A stretch of 32,000 nucleotides of DNA from Okeania sp. SIO2C9 (GCF_010672455.1 NZ_JAAHGO010000007.1:306659-338658), one strand, 5' to 3'; shown: positions 20,495 to 31,372, counted from the stretch's first letter. A program made the numbers and translations. The notes: a model not told the origin generated them from the sequence alone.

Positions 20495-21484
20495 ATGTAT
20501 GTTTATGGTCATAATTTAGAGCAAAAGGAAAATCATAAAACGAAATATATAGACGAAGATTATCGGAGATATTTGAGAGAAATAAGAGAAAAATATAATG
20601 AGTGGAAATTGGCTGATGAAGGGCTAATTGCTCCATCAATTGAAACAACAAACCAAGATAGCGAATTATTGATAAAGCGAGTAGAATTTTTGAATAAATA
20701 CAAAGATTTTCTAGAACAACAACACTATGCTGAAAAATTTGATTCTCGTTCAAATCTCCATTCATCTGTCTTGGAAGAATTTATGTATTACCTTTTCAAA
20801 GATTTAGTTAGTGAATTTTCATCACAAGCTTTAATTGGTAAGTCTCGTACTTTCAAAGATATATTTTTTCGGTCTGAAAATTATCAAGATATGCTCAATT
20901 ATCCTCATGCTTTAATTGAGTTGAAAGATAATGATTTTGCCATAGGAGTGAGAATTCATGCCCAAATGAATTGTCAGGGTTCTCAAGAATTAGAAAGTCA
21001 TATTTGGGATGTACCTGCTGTAGTTATAGAATGTAAAACTTATTTGGATAAAACTATGCTTCAAGACGCAGCAACAGCAGCAGAACAACTTAAGCATAGA
21101 AACTCTAATGCCATTTATATTTTAGTTGCAGAATGGCTAAAATTAACAGATGCCTTCAATAATTAATAATTAATAATTAATAATTACCTCTTCTTTTCAA
21201 GGAGAGGATTGACTAAAAGGAAAATTTTTTATTTTTTATCCTTTAAAGGAGAGGCTTTAAACCTTAATTATTAGGTAAATTTACGAAAATTCAAAATCGA
21301 CCAAATATATGTATTAAGAAAACAAAAGAATACGGATAGAGAATTCCGATATCAGAAAGGGTATATTAAAAATCCTATATATGTAGATGTGGTAGAACAT
21401 TTATTTGTTAATATTCGAGATTATTTAACCTCTGATTGGGAGGGTGGTATTAATTTTGGTTTGAAGCGTGGTTATTTAATTTAG
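20495..21484 (+). pseudogene. Bpu10I-like type II restriction endonuclease, interrupted near its C-terminus by a family B repeat
   Basis: ORF 20408-21166 ends ...ELESHIWDVPAVVIECKTYLDKTMLQDAATAAEQLKHRNSNAIYILVAEWLKLTDAFNN*; after the repeat the same frame continues KFKIDQIYVLRKQKNTDREFRYQKGYIKNPIYVDVVEHLFVNIRDYLTSDWEGGINFGLKRGYLI* (21287-21484). Confidence 0.7.
21160..21283 (+). repeat. Repeat element family B inserted in the restriction endonuclease gene
   Basis: 'aataattaataattaataattacctcttcttttcaaggagaggattgactaaaaggaaaatttttat...aaaggagaggctttaaaccttaattattaggtaaa'. Confidence 0.7.
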
Positions 21485-21758
21485 CTAGCTAATCATTTGT
21501 ATTGAAATAATTTCAACTGTGCCAGTTTAGAAAAATCACTACAACTGTCTACTCTCTTCTATGACAATTAAATAACTGTCACCTACATACTAAGTTCTAC
21601 CTTAATAGTTAGCTTAGGATTGGTATTAAGAAAGGCAAGAACACAAGAGTGACACTTTTTAATCTGGTCAGTTTCTATTAATAATCTGTCAGAGACTTGG
21701 TAACACTTTCTCAAATCTGCCTAGATCATTACACCAAAAATAACTTAACTGAAAAACC

Positions 21759-22730
21759 ATGAACTTATTAACAACAATTAATTCCACTAATCAGACCCAA
21801 TTTGACCTAGCTGGTTATTGCCATTCCACTCCTAATTATCTACAAACCAGAGCCAGAATTAATTATTTACTTGAACGCTATCTTTCTCAAGACATTCTTA
21901 CAGAAAGACTATTAGACTTACCTCAACAATTTGAAAATCCTCAACAAAGACCATGGCAAAAAATTAATTTGCAAGCAATTAACAATAGTCAAATTATTGG
22001 TATCGAACCAACATTATTTTTACAAGTAATTGCTTCCGCCGTAGAAATTGAAGCACCAATTCGTTCCTATTCCCAAGAAAGTTGGGGTTATTTACAAACA
22101 GCTCATCCTCAATTAGCTAGATTTATGGGAGGTGTAACTGATGAAAATGGGAAAATAATTGAAGTTGGTACTTGGGAAAAAGAAGAACGACAACACGCCC
22201 CTACTTTTAACAAGATTTATCAACAACTTACAGGGAAAAAATTACAGCAAAAACCTAATACCGTTCATGGTTATAAACCTACTGGAAATGTACGGGCAGA
22301 AATCTATAATCATGGAGTAAGTAGAATAAGTTCTGAATGGAGTGCCGTATCTATTTATATATGGTTAATGTCTCATTCTACAGGGGCATTACAAATGGCG
22401 ATCGCTCAACCTTTACAAGATGAAGTTAATCATTTGGCTAAGTTTTGGGGAATCACTAGATGGGGTTTTGGTGATTCGGTTTTTCGGCGAGTTATTGGCA
22501 GTATCTCTCGTCTACTTAGACTATTAAATTATCATCAAAAAGAGCGAACTTCTGGTCAAGATATTATCAAGTTTTATCATTTAAAATATGGTATTGAGAT
22601 TGGCTATAGCTTGATGAAAGTAATGACACAAATGTGTCGTTGGAATTACCATTTAAAAGCTGATGCTTTGAGTCAAGTTTTTGGTAATTATCTCAGTCAT
22701 ACTTCTGAAGTTCAAAAATCAAATGAGTGA
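21759..22730 (+). CDS. Ferritin-like superfamily (di-iron) conserved cyanobacterial protein
   Basis: WEKEERQHAPTFNKIYQQL ... SHSTGALQMAIAQPLQDEVNHLAKFWG gives E-x-x-H-like metal-binding motifs in helical context. Confidence 0.6.
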   Translation: MNLLTTINSTNQTQFDLAGYCHSTPNYLQTRARINYLLERYLSQDILTERLLDLPQQFENPQQRPWQKINLQAINNSQIIGIEPTLFLQVIASAVEIEAPIRSYSQESWGYLQTAHPQLARFMGGVTDENGKIIEVGTWEKEERQHAPTFNKIYQQLTGKKLQQKPNTVHGYKPTGNVRAEIYNHGVSRISSEWSAVSIYIWLMSHSTGALQMAIAQPLQDEVNHLAKFWGITRWGFGDSVFRRVIGSISRLLRLLNYHQKERTSGQDIIKFYHLKYGIEIGYSLMKVMTQMCRWNYHLKADALSQVFGNYLSHTSEVQKSNE

Positions 22731-24319
22731 TATAGCAGAAGGAAGAAGGAAGAAGGAAGAAATAAGGACCGAAGTTAGAAAAATCTGGCGTTGTCTGAAT
22801 TTTTAGCTTTTGATATGTCCTAACCTTTTCTTCGACTGTGATAATTATTGCGAGGGAAGTTTTTAAGAGTTAATTATTTGGCATCCGAATCATAGAGAAA
22901 ATTAACATCTATATATTGTCCTCTTCCTTCTTTCCTTCCTTTACCGAATAATTAAGATTTAAAGCCTAATCTCATCAATAATTGTTAATTCTTAATTGTT
23001 GAAAATTGTTATATTATTTCGATTCCGGATAATAGCGTGATGAAAAAATCGATCCTCCTATCTTTTCTTTTCTATAGAATCATTTGGTATCTTTACACAC
23101 GGTATGTGCTTTTGGGATAGAAGTCAGTCCTCAAAACTCAGTCTTGGTGAAGTCAGAAAATTCAGAAATAGAATAGGGGAAAAAGCGGATGCGACCCCGC
23201 GCCGTCACACGGCGCAAGCGGTCTGACCCCGGCGTTTGCGTCAGCGTCCCGTAGGGAAAGGTTTCCTCGCCATGGGAATGCTGAAGAGAGGGAACGCGCA
23301 CCAAGCAGAATTCCCAAAATTGTCTGTTCGTTGAATAAAACTCTGACAATGACATTTTGAAAACATAAACAGAATGATGCAAGTAGAACAATGAAAAAAC
23401 CAAGCATATAATTTATAACAAAGGACTGTTTTAAGACCTTGACTATTGTGGCATTAATTATATGATGTCTGGTGAATAACTTTTAAATAGATTAAGAGTT
23501 AGCCTTCTTTGGAGGAACTACGTTAACAGTTATAGCTATCAAAGGAAAGGGTGCAGAAATATCAAAAGCTTAAAACTCAGACAACGCAAAACTTTTCCTT
23601 CTTTCTTCTTCCTTCTTCCTTCTGCTATATCAAGTGTATGATAGAGGATAGCGAATAGACTTGTCGTTTTATAACTTAAAAAATCCCCAAAAACTTTGTT
23701 ATGTAAGGATTGTAGCTATTGGTAGCCAAAAAGTATTGGAATTATTGCTCTGTCTAGGTTGGAGCGATTTTTTCCCTCTATTTAGCGACAACTCTAATGT
23801 TTACTCCGCGTCTACAGACCCGCCATCAATACGCACTACACGCTTTTCAAAATATTGTTAATTGTTGAAAACCGTAATCAGTATACTAGCAATGACCGGA
23901 TTTGGTATAACTAGAAAATAAGAAAGTAGTTGATACAGCAGAAGTCAGGATGCTGGAAAACTTATATATCTGGTACTGTGGATATGAAAGTACATAAAGG
24001 TTTATCTATTGCGACCAATACACTATGCTTCGCCACGTCCACTACCTCGTTCATCACAGTACACCCTAACTTGAGCAAAAGATTGTTGGGTATTTGAGGT
24101 TGAGTAATTTAGTTGTAAACTGCAGATATTACGGAATAAAATCGTCGAAATTACGATGGAAATGTAAATAAATAGGTAGAGACTCATAGGAGTTGTCCAT
24201 TGTTCATGCAAGGAGTTTCTACTATTAAATACAAAACTTATATAGTCTTTTCAGGATATAATTCAGTGTCTTTACTTATTCCAGGAAAATTGCGGCCAGA
24301 TGATCAATTATTTAGGTGA

Positions 24320-24940
24320 TTAGGGATGAGCGATCGCTGAGTCTACTTGCTTCAACAAGATTTCTAAGGTTGAGGAGTTATCCAAAACTACATCCGCTTG
24401 TTGACACTTATTTTCTAGAGGCATTTGATGATTAATTCGAGTGTAAGCTTGTTCTTGACTTAACCCATCCCGTTTCATCAATCTTTCTATTTGTTGTTGA
24501 GGAGAAGTGTATGTAACCCAAATTTCTGTTACTAAATCAGTCATTTTGGCTTCAAACAGTAATGGTACTACTAATACTGCTGTGGGGTATCTATCGGAGC
24601 TATGATACCCAGGTTCATTATTTTTGATGACAAACTGCTGAATATTCTGCTCGAAGCGATCGCGTACATAAGGATGAATTTGTTTCTCTAACCAGAGTAA
24701 CTCCTCTTGATTGTTAAAAACAATCTCTCCTAATTTTTGCCTATTAAGATTACCATTAGCTAACAATATATCAGTGCCATAGTTTTCTACTATATTATCT
24801 AAAATCAATGAATTTGGTTGTACGGCTTTGCGAGCATAAATATCTGCGTCCCAAATTGGGAGATGGTGAGTTTTGTTCAGATAATTTGATACAGTAGTCT
24901 TTCCTGTACCAATACCCCCAGTTAAACCAATGAGACGCAT
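24320..24940 (-). CDS. coaE: Dephospho-CoA kinase
   Basis: MRLIGLTGGIGTGKTTVSNYL (P-loop), IWDADIYAR, VLVVPLLFEAKM, RLMKRDGLSQEQAYTRI. Confidence 0.95.
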   Translation of the reverse strand: MRLIGLTGGIGTGKTTVSNYLNKTHHLPIWDADIYARKAVQPNSLILDNIVENYGTDILLANGNLNRQKLGEIVFNNQEELLWLEKQIHPYVRDRFEQNIQQFVIKNNEPGYHSSDRYPTAVLVVPLLFEAKMTDLVTEIWVTYTSPQQQIERLMKRDGLSQEQAYTRINHQMPLENKCQQADVVLDNSSTLEILLKQVDSAIAHP

Positions 24941-25538
24941 ATAAATAAGTCAAAAGTCAAAAGTTAAAAGTCAAAAGTTAAAAGCCAAAAGTTAATTATT
25001 TTTAGACAGAGCCTAACTTTTAGTAGTTTAGCTTAATTTATACCATTTATTATCGTCGCTAGTTCCTTTGCTGGTAGTTGTAGGTTGTAGGTGTAGAAAA
25101 CAGGCGCGAGCAACCCTGATTGAAAACTCCTCTTCCTTGTAATTACTGTTATCTTCACTGAAAAGTTACAAGCAAGTTATGAAAATTTTAGATTACAGTA
25201 GAAATGGAAATAGCTCAAACAGAAATTTTCTCTATAATATTTATTTGATTTTATGTTATGGCAATAGCCAGAGCGGTTAGGACTTATGCTGATGATGAAT
25301 CTTAGACTAAGCAATGTTTTTCCCACTGTTCCCTATCTTGGTCAATTGGATATGGTGAGGAGACCTCGCCATCCCACCCTACGGTTCGCTTTGAAGATCG
25401 ACCGCTTGCCTCTGTCGCCGAGGCGGGGTCGTACCGCTGTTCCCTGTTTCCTGCTATAGATGTAGCTCATTAATTAAAGGACAAAAAAATATTGACGAAA
25501 GAGTAGTTATATGATAAGCGATCAAAAATCACAAACCA

Positions 25539-28500
25539 ATGAACCATGCACCCATCTATAAAATTTATCAGATTCTCATAGCTGTTCCCCTAACAGGACT
25601 TTGGATATTGGATACTGCTGCCCTCCTACCATTCCATGACAAGGAAAATAATGGTAGATTAAGAATGATTTCATGGAAAATTTTGTCCGCTAAAATCGCA
25701 TCAGCTCAAACATCAACTCAACCAATAGTTCCCGAAGAAAACTCAACCAATACAGTAGTAACTCCGGTAATACCATCCCCAGATTCTTCCCAAACTCGCT
25801 TTGATATTACAGGTGGGAAGCAATCAAAAGATAATACTAATCTTTTCCATAGCTTCGAGAGATTTAATTTGGGAGAAAACCAAATTGTTAACTTTATCTC
25901 TAACCCAAATATCAAAAATATTCTGACTCGTGTCACTGGTGGAGATGCTTCTGTAATTAATGGTCTAATTCAGGTAACAGGGGGCAATTCCAACTTACTG
26001 ATTATGAACTCTGCGGGTATAATTTTTGGTGCAAATGCTAGATTGGATGTACCTGCATCTTTTGTCGTGACTACTGGTTCAGGTATTGGTTTTGACTCTG
26101 GTTGGTTCAATAGCATAGGTGAAAATAACTACGATATTTTAACAGGAAATCCTAGTGCTTTTTCTTTCCCGATGACGAGTCCTGGAGTCATTTTAAATGA
26201 AGGAGAGCTAACTGTTGAAGCAGGAGAAAGTATTATTTTATTGGGGGGTACAATTATTAATACGGGTAAAATTTCTGCACCAGGTGGTGAAATTACGATC
26301 TCTACAGTTCCTGGAGAAAATTTAGTCCGTATTAGTCAAGAAGGACGTTTATTAAATTTAGAAATAGCGACAGAGGATGGAGGAATTTCTAATGATTTAC
26401 CAGAAGAATTACACAGTTTAAATCCCTTATCTATACCAGAGCTTTTAACAGGTAATAGTGAAGTGATGGAAATGGCTACTGGAGTTAGAGTTAATGATAA
26501 TAATGAAGTGGTTTTGACAGGTTCTAATCAAGTAATTCCTACAGATTTAGGTACAACGATTGTATCTGGTTCTCTTGATATTTCTTGGGCAGAAAATTCT
26601 GAATTGGCAAATACAAGTAGAATCAATATTTTTGGAGAAAAAGTAGGATTATTTAATGCCAAGCTTAATGCTTCTGGTCTCTATGGTAGTGGCAATATTA
26701 GAATTGGTGGAGATTCTCAAGGTTTAGGAACAGCTCCTCGTGCTACTCGTACTTATGTAGATGAAAATACAGAAATATTTACTACCTCTTTTAGGGATGA
26801 GGGTGGAAATATAGTTATTTGGAGTGATGAAGAAACTAGCTTTTTTGGCAAAATAGAAGCTATTGGTCGGATTGAGGAACAGTCTATATCGGCAGAACAA
26901 AATTCCAGTAAAAATCTAGTAGAAGTTTCTAGTCAAGGAAATTTAATTTTTGATGGTACTGTTAATTTAGGTTCTCCAGATGTGTTGGGCAGTTTATCAT
27001 TTAAGGCTGAAAATATTAATATTGTAGATACAAATATTGAGATAGCAGATAATCCTTTAAGAGGTGAAACGGCAATAGAATCTCAAATATCAAAATCATC
27101 AATAGAAAGCATATCAGATAGTACAAATATTACTTTTCAAGCGTCTGATAATATTACTATCAACAATTTATCTGAAACTCAATTAAGCTTTGCTCAGACA
27201 AAAGGTGAAATCTCATTTGTCGCAGATAGTGACGAAAATGGTTTGGGGTCTTTGACAATAGACTCAGAAAATACTATCAATACTCAAGGAGCAGCAGTTA
27301 ATATTTCTGGCACGACGATAAATACTGGAGATATTAATACAGAAGGAGGAGAACTTAATCTCACCAGTAGTCAAGGTTTTGTGATGACTAATAACTTATC
27401 TACTACCAACTCAAATATGACAGTAGAAAGCAATGGTGGGAATATTGATATTACAGCACAGGGAGATATTACTACAGGGGAAATTGATGCGAGTGGAGAC
27501 TCTAGGGGTGGGAATATCACTATGAATGCTGCTACTAATATTGATACAGAAAGCATTAATGCTGAAGGTCAACAAAGTGGTGGGAATATTGATATTAGAG
27601 CACAGGGAGATATTACTACAGGAGAAATTGATGCGAGTGGAGACTCTAGGGGTGGGAATATTACTATAAATGCTACTACTGATATTGATACAGAAAGCAT
27701 TCATGCTGAAGGTAGGCAAAGTGGTGGGAATATTGATATTAGAGCTGGAAATACTCTAAACTTGCGAGGAATATCAACCTCAAGCGGTAGTCGAGAAACT
27801 GGTAACATTAGTATTACTGGAAATGAAATCAACCTTTTAGGTGGAGAAAACAGTGTCAGTAGTAATGGGAGACTCATCTTACAACCAGCATCAGAAAATC
27901 AAAATATTACTCTGGGAGGATTTGAAAATATAGAAGGGACAGACGGCAATTTGCCTCTACACCTGACAACAGGAGATTTGGTAACTTTGGCAAATGGTTT
28001 TGAGTCTGTTACTATCGGAAAATCTGAAAACTCTGGCAATATTACTATTGCTTCTACAGAAAGCAGCAATAACAATGGAGTTGTATTCAATGACCCCACA
28101 ACTATTCAAGCAGAAACAATTACAGGTACAGGTACAATAACTGGGGTAGATAATGCTCAAATTACTATAAATGCTAATAGTGATATTTCCACTGGCAATA
28201 TTTCCACATCCACAGGTATTAGTATTACCAGCATTCAAGGCAATGTTAAGACTGGAGATGTGACTGCAAATATATCAGATAATAGTATTGGCAATATTGA
28301 TATTGCTAGTAGTGGTTCTATCGAAACGGGAAAACTAACCACCACAAGAACAACAGCAGGAGGAAATATTAATTTACAAGCAGGCGATCGTATAACTATA
28401 GGTAGAATAAATTCTAGCGCTACACCAGGAAATGCAGGAGAAGTTAAACTGAATGCGGAAAACGCTATTGAAGTCATATCTATACAAGCAGAAGGGGGAA

Positions 28501-30707
28501 ATAGTGGAGGTAATGTAGAAATTACTACAGGTGATACTCTCAGGATAAGAGGTACTTTTTTAGACCAAAATCAGAATATTGCTAGTATTTCTACCGCAGG
28601 AGAGGTAGTGGGGGGAAATATTGCTATTAGTACTGGAAATACACCTTTTATCGTTGGAGATGCTACAACTAATGGTTCTGTAGGAGCAATAACAGATGGA
28701 AAATCAACAGTTTCACCCGATCGCTCTCTACCTAGTAGTTTTCAACTCAAAGAAGTAGAGAACTCTCAACCACAAAATTCTGACACTACTGAAACCACAA
28801 CGGAATCAGAAAGTCAAGAAAATCAACCTCACTCAGAAGAATCAACTCCTCAAAATGTCACTCAACCAGAATCGACAGAATCTAGTAATTCTGAGGAAAA
28901 TCAAACTACTACCATTACCGAAACTCAAATAGAATTAGTTGAGGAGCCAAAAAATATAGAGGAACCGCAAACTCAAATTCCCCCTGAAGTAGATAACGAG
29001 GAACCCTCAAACACAGATCAAGATATACAGATAGTATCTCAAAACCCCGAATCAAACTCACAAATTTTAGATAATTCTGAACCTACTGCCCCTATTGCAG
29101 AAAACATTGCATCCTCAATGAGTAGTTCAGAAGAACCTACGACCCCTATTGCAGAAAACATTGCATCCTCAATGAGTAGTTCAGAAGAACAAATTATCCC
29201 ATTAGTTGTGGAAAATCAAAATCAAAATCAAAATCAAAATCAAAATCAAACTACATTGGAATTTGACCAACCGAATAACTCTCAACTTGTTGTCGAAAAT
29301 GTGGAGACAAATATTCTTGTAGAAGATACTAATTCCAGTTCAATTGCATCAGTTTTAGAACAAACTGTTGCTATAGAAAATCCCGTCCAAGGTAAGTCCT
29401 CTCAGAAACAAACTCCAACTATAGTCGTAGAAGAAAATATGACTACCACTGCTTCCGAAATTTCTCGCAACGATAATTACAATCAAGTTAGTTTAACTGA
29501 TACCCTATCGCAAATAGAGTTAAACAGAGGCAGAGAATTCGCGGGTTATTTAGGAAAAAATATTACTAAAAAAACTGTCACAGCAGCAAATATCCGAAAT
29601 ACTCTCAGTAGCGTTGAAAAAATAGGCATCAGACCAGCAATTATATATGTATCTGCACAACCCAATAATTTAGAACTGCAATTGTTTTTGCCAAACGGTA
29701 AACCTATCGTCAGAAGTAGTGGGCAAACAAGAGATGAAGTGATTGAGGTTGCCAAAAAATTTACAAATCAGATTAGGACTCCCAGTCAATTAAATTCTGA
29801 TAATTATTTACCAAATGCTCAAAAATTACATCAATGGTTAATTGCACCAATTGCTGAAGAATTGGCAAATCATAATATTAATACGATCATTTTTTCGATG
29901 GATAGCGGTTTGCGAACTCTTCCCATAGCCGCTCTACATGATGGTCAACAATTCCTGGTCGAAAAATATAGTTTGGGATTAATTCCTAGTTTTACTTTAA
30001 CTGATACAACGTATGTTGGATTAAATGGTTCTCAAGTTTTGGCAATGGGAGCATCTGAATTTCCTGGTAATACCGAGCAAACTCCTCTGCCAGCAGTACC
30101 TGTAGAACTTAAAAGCATCGTGAATAATCTTTGGCCTGGTAAATCTTTTTTGAATCAAGGATTTACTCTCGAAAATTTAAAGCAGCAAAGTAGCAAAGAA
30201 AAATTCAAAATTATTCATTTAGCTACTCATGGAGAATTTCATCCAGGGGGTGCTGACAATTCTTATATTCAATTCTGGGATACTAAGTTACGCTTAAATG
30301 AATTACGCCAGTTACGTTTGTATAATACACAGGTAGAGTTATTAGTTTTGAGTGCTTGTACTACTGCAGTCGGAGATGAAGAAGCTGAGTTAGGTTTTGC
30401 TGGGTTAGCAGTGCAAGCGGGAGTCAAGTCTGCTTTGGCAAGTCTTTGGTACGTTAGTGATACTGGTACATTAGCTTTAATGACTGAGTTTTATCAGAGT
30501 TTATCTAACAGACCAATTAAAGCAGCAGCATTACGACAGGCCCAGTTAGCAATGTTACGGGGAGAGTTGCATTTACAAGATGGTCATATACTCCGAAATG
30601 GTAATAAACATCTACCTCTACCACGGGAGTTAGCTAGAGGAGGTAGAAGGGATTTATCTCATCCTTATTATTGGGCAGCATTTACGATGATTGGTTCGCC
30701 ATGGTAA
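25539..30707 (+). CDS. Very large surface/secreted protein: filamentous haemagglutinin TPS domain + repeat region + C-terminal CHAT protease domain
   Basis: TPS/FHA N-terminus (RFNLGENQIVNFISNPNIKNILTRVTGG...GGNSNLLIMNSAGIIFGANARLDVPASFVVTT); GGNIDI-type beta repeats; CHAT: HLATHGEF..., VLSACTTAVGDEEAELGFAGLAVQAGVKSALASLWYVSD. Confidence 0.92.
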   Translation: MNHAPIYKIYQILIAVPLTGLWILDTAALLPFHDKENNGRLRMISWKILSAKIASAQTSTQPIVPEENSTNTVVTPVIPSPDSSQTRFDITGGKQSKDNTNLFHSFERFNLGENQIVNFISNPNIKNILTRVTGGDASVINGLIQVTGGNSNLLIMNSAGIIFGANARLDVPASFVVTTGSGIGFDSGWFNSIGENNYDILTGNPSAFSFPMTSPGVILNEGELTVEAGESIILLGGTIINTGKISAPGGEITISTVPGENLVRISQEGRLLNLEIATEDGGISNDLPEELHSLNPLSIPELLTGNSEVMEMATGVRVNDNNEVVLTGSNQVIPTDLGTTIVSGSLDISWAENSELANTSRINIFGEKVGLFNAKLNASGLYGSGNIRIGGDSQGLGTAPRATRTYVDENTEIFTTSFRDEGGNIVIWSDEETSFFGKIEAIGRIEEQSISAEQNSSKNLVEVSSQGNLIFDGTVNLGSPDVLGSLSFKAENINIVDTNIEIADNPLRGETAIESQISKSSIESISDSTNITFQASDNITINNLSETQLSFAQTKGEISFVADSDENGLGSLTIDSENTINTQGAAVNISGTTINTGDINTEGGELNLTSSQGFVMTNNLSTTNSNMTVESNGGNIDITAQGDITTGEIDASGDSRGGNITMNAATNIDTESINAEGQQSGGNIDIRAQGDITTGEIDASGDSRGGNITINATTDIDTESIHAEGRQSGGNIDIRAGNTLNLRGISTSSGSRETGNISITGNEINLLGGENSVSSNGRLILQPASENQNITLGGFENIEGTDGNLPLHLTTGDLVTLANGFESVTIGKSENSGNITIASTESSNNNGVVFNDPTTIQAETITGTGTITGVDNAQITINANSDISTGNISTSTGISITSIQGNVKTGDVTANISDNSIGNIDIASSGSIETGKLTTTRTTAGGNINLQAGDRITIGRINSSATPGNAGEVKLNAENAIEVISIQAEGGNSGGNVEITTGDTLRIRGTFLDQNQNIASISTAGEVVGGNIAISTGNTPFIVGDATTNGSVGAITDGKSTVSPDRSLPSSFQLKEVENSQPQNSDTTETTTESESQENQPHSEESTPQNVTQPESTESSNSEENQTTTITETQIELVEEPKNIEEPQTQIPPEVDNEEPSNTDQDIQIVSQNPESNSQILDNSEPTAPIAENIASSMSSSEEPTTPIAENIASSMSSSEEQIIPLVVENQNQNQNQNQNQTTLEFDQPNNSQLVVENVETNILVEDTNSSSIASVLEQTVAIENPVQGKSSQKQTPTIVVEENMTTTASEISRNDNYNQVSLTDTLSQIELNRGREFAGYLGKNITKKTVTAANIRNTLSSVEKIGIRPAIIYVSAQPNNLELQLFLPNGKPIVRSSGQTRDEVIEVAKKFTNQIRTPSQLNSDNYLPNAQKLHQWLIAPIAEELANHNINTIIFSMDSGLRTLPIAALHDGQQFLVEKYSLGLIPSFTLTDTTYVGLNGSQVLAMGASEFPGNTEQTPLPAVPVELKSIVNNLWPGKSFLNQGFTLENLKQQSSKEKFKIIHLATHGEFHPGGADNSYIQFWDTKLRLNELRQLRLYNTQVELLVLSACTTAVGDEEAELGFAGLAVQAGVKSALASLWYVSDTGTLALMTEFYQSLSNRPIKAAALRQAQLAMLRGELHLQDGHILRNGNKHLPLPRELARGGRRDLSHPYYWAAFTMIGSPW
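27455..27742 (+). repeat. Near-perfect 144-bp (48-aa) tandem repeat within the CHAT protein gene, about 2 units
   Basis: AQGDITTGEIDASGDSRGGNIT(M/I)NA(A/T)T(N/D)IDTESI(N/H)AEG(Q/R)QSGGNIDIR repeated; 'gggagatatt' at 27461 and again at 27605. Confidence 0.9.
29090..29250 (+). repeat. 54-bp (18-aa) repeat PIAENIASSMSSSEEPTT x2 followed by a hexamer (AATCAA)n tract encoding (NQ)n
   Basis: 'cctattgcagaaaacattgcatcctcaatgagtagttcagaagaac' at 29091 and 29145; NQNQNQNQNQNQ encoded from about 29213. Confidence 0.9.
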
Positions 30708-31372
30708 AAGAAGGAAGAAGGAAGAAGGAAGAAGGAAAAATAGGGAAACAATTTATCGCTCCAACAGTTTCACAAGAAAAAATAGAAAGTTCAACTTTGC
30801 TCTCCTGCGATCGCTATTCAATACCGTTCTACATACCATCCAGGAATACCATAGTTCCATCCTCTCATAGTTTCAAAAGGGTCTGCTCTTGTTAGTCTCT
30901 GATCGTCAGACACAGCTACCAGAGGTTTTAAGTTATTGTTAATTTGTTGTTTTTCAGTTACGTTGTTCAAAGTATTTCGTGGGAGATTTTTTTCTTTCTC
31001 AATCATTTTTTTTGATTCAAATTGTTTGCTAATTTAACATTAACCTACTTATTAAATTAATCAATCCCTCTGGTCGTTAATCTCAATATTTCATTAAATA
31101 AATTTAAACTTTGTAATGTATGTTTAGGAATCCCGCGCTGTCTCGTAGAGCAGCGTCGGGAGGATGTCAAAAGAATGATTATTATTATGAGAAAAACATT
31201 GAATTTTTGAAAGGGATTATATCTTTTAAACCCTTACCCCACAATAGTTTTGAGGCGCTTGTCACCCCGTGAGGTTTCTAGGTGTCTTTTTCTCCCCCTA
31301 ACTCCACATTCCCCTCCAGGGAGGGGTTATATCAAATCCGTTTAATTCGGCACTTCAACAATTAATAATGAA

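Noticed and set aside
23131-23407. Two overlapping minus-strand ORFs over the GC-rich island
   Set aside because: The predicted peptides (PWRGNLSLRDADANAGVRPLAPCDGAG) come from the palindromic repeat; no homology recognised.
27371-28477. Several minus-strand ORFs (27371-27556, 27411-27719, 27899-28099, 27957-28238, 28235-28477) opposite the CHAT protein gene
   Set aside because: Low-complexity antisense shadows of a repetitive coding region with no recognisable domain.
30671-30895. ORF MGSIYDDWFAMVKEGRRKKEEG...
   Set aside because: Alternative frame of the CHAT gene 3' end running into the GGAAGAA heptamer tract.
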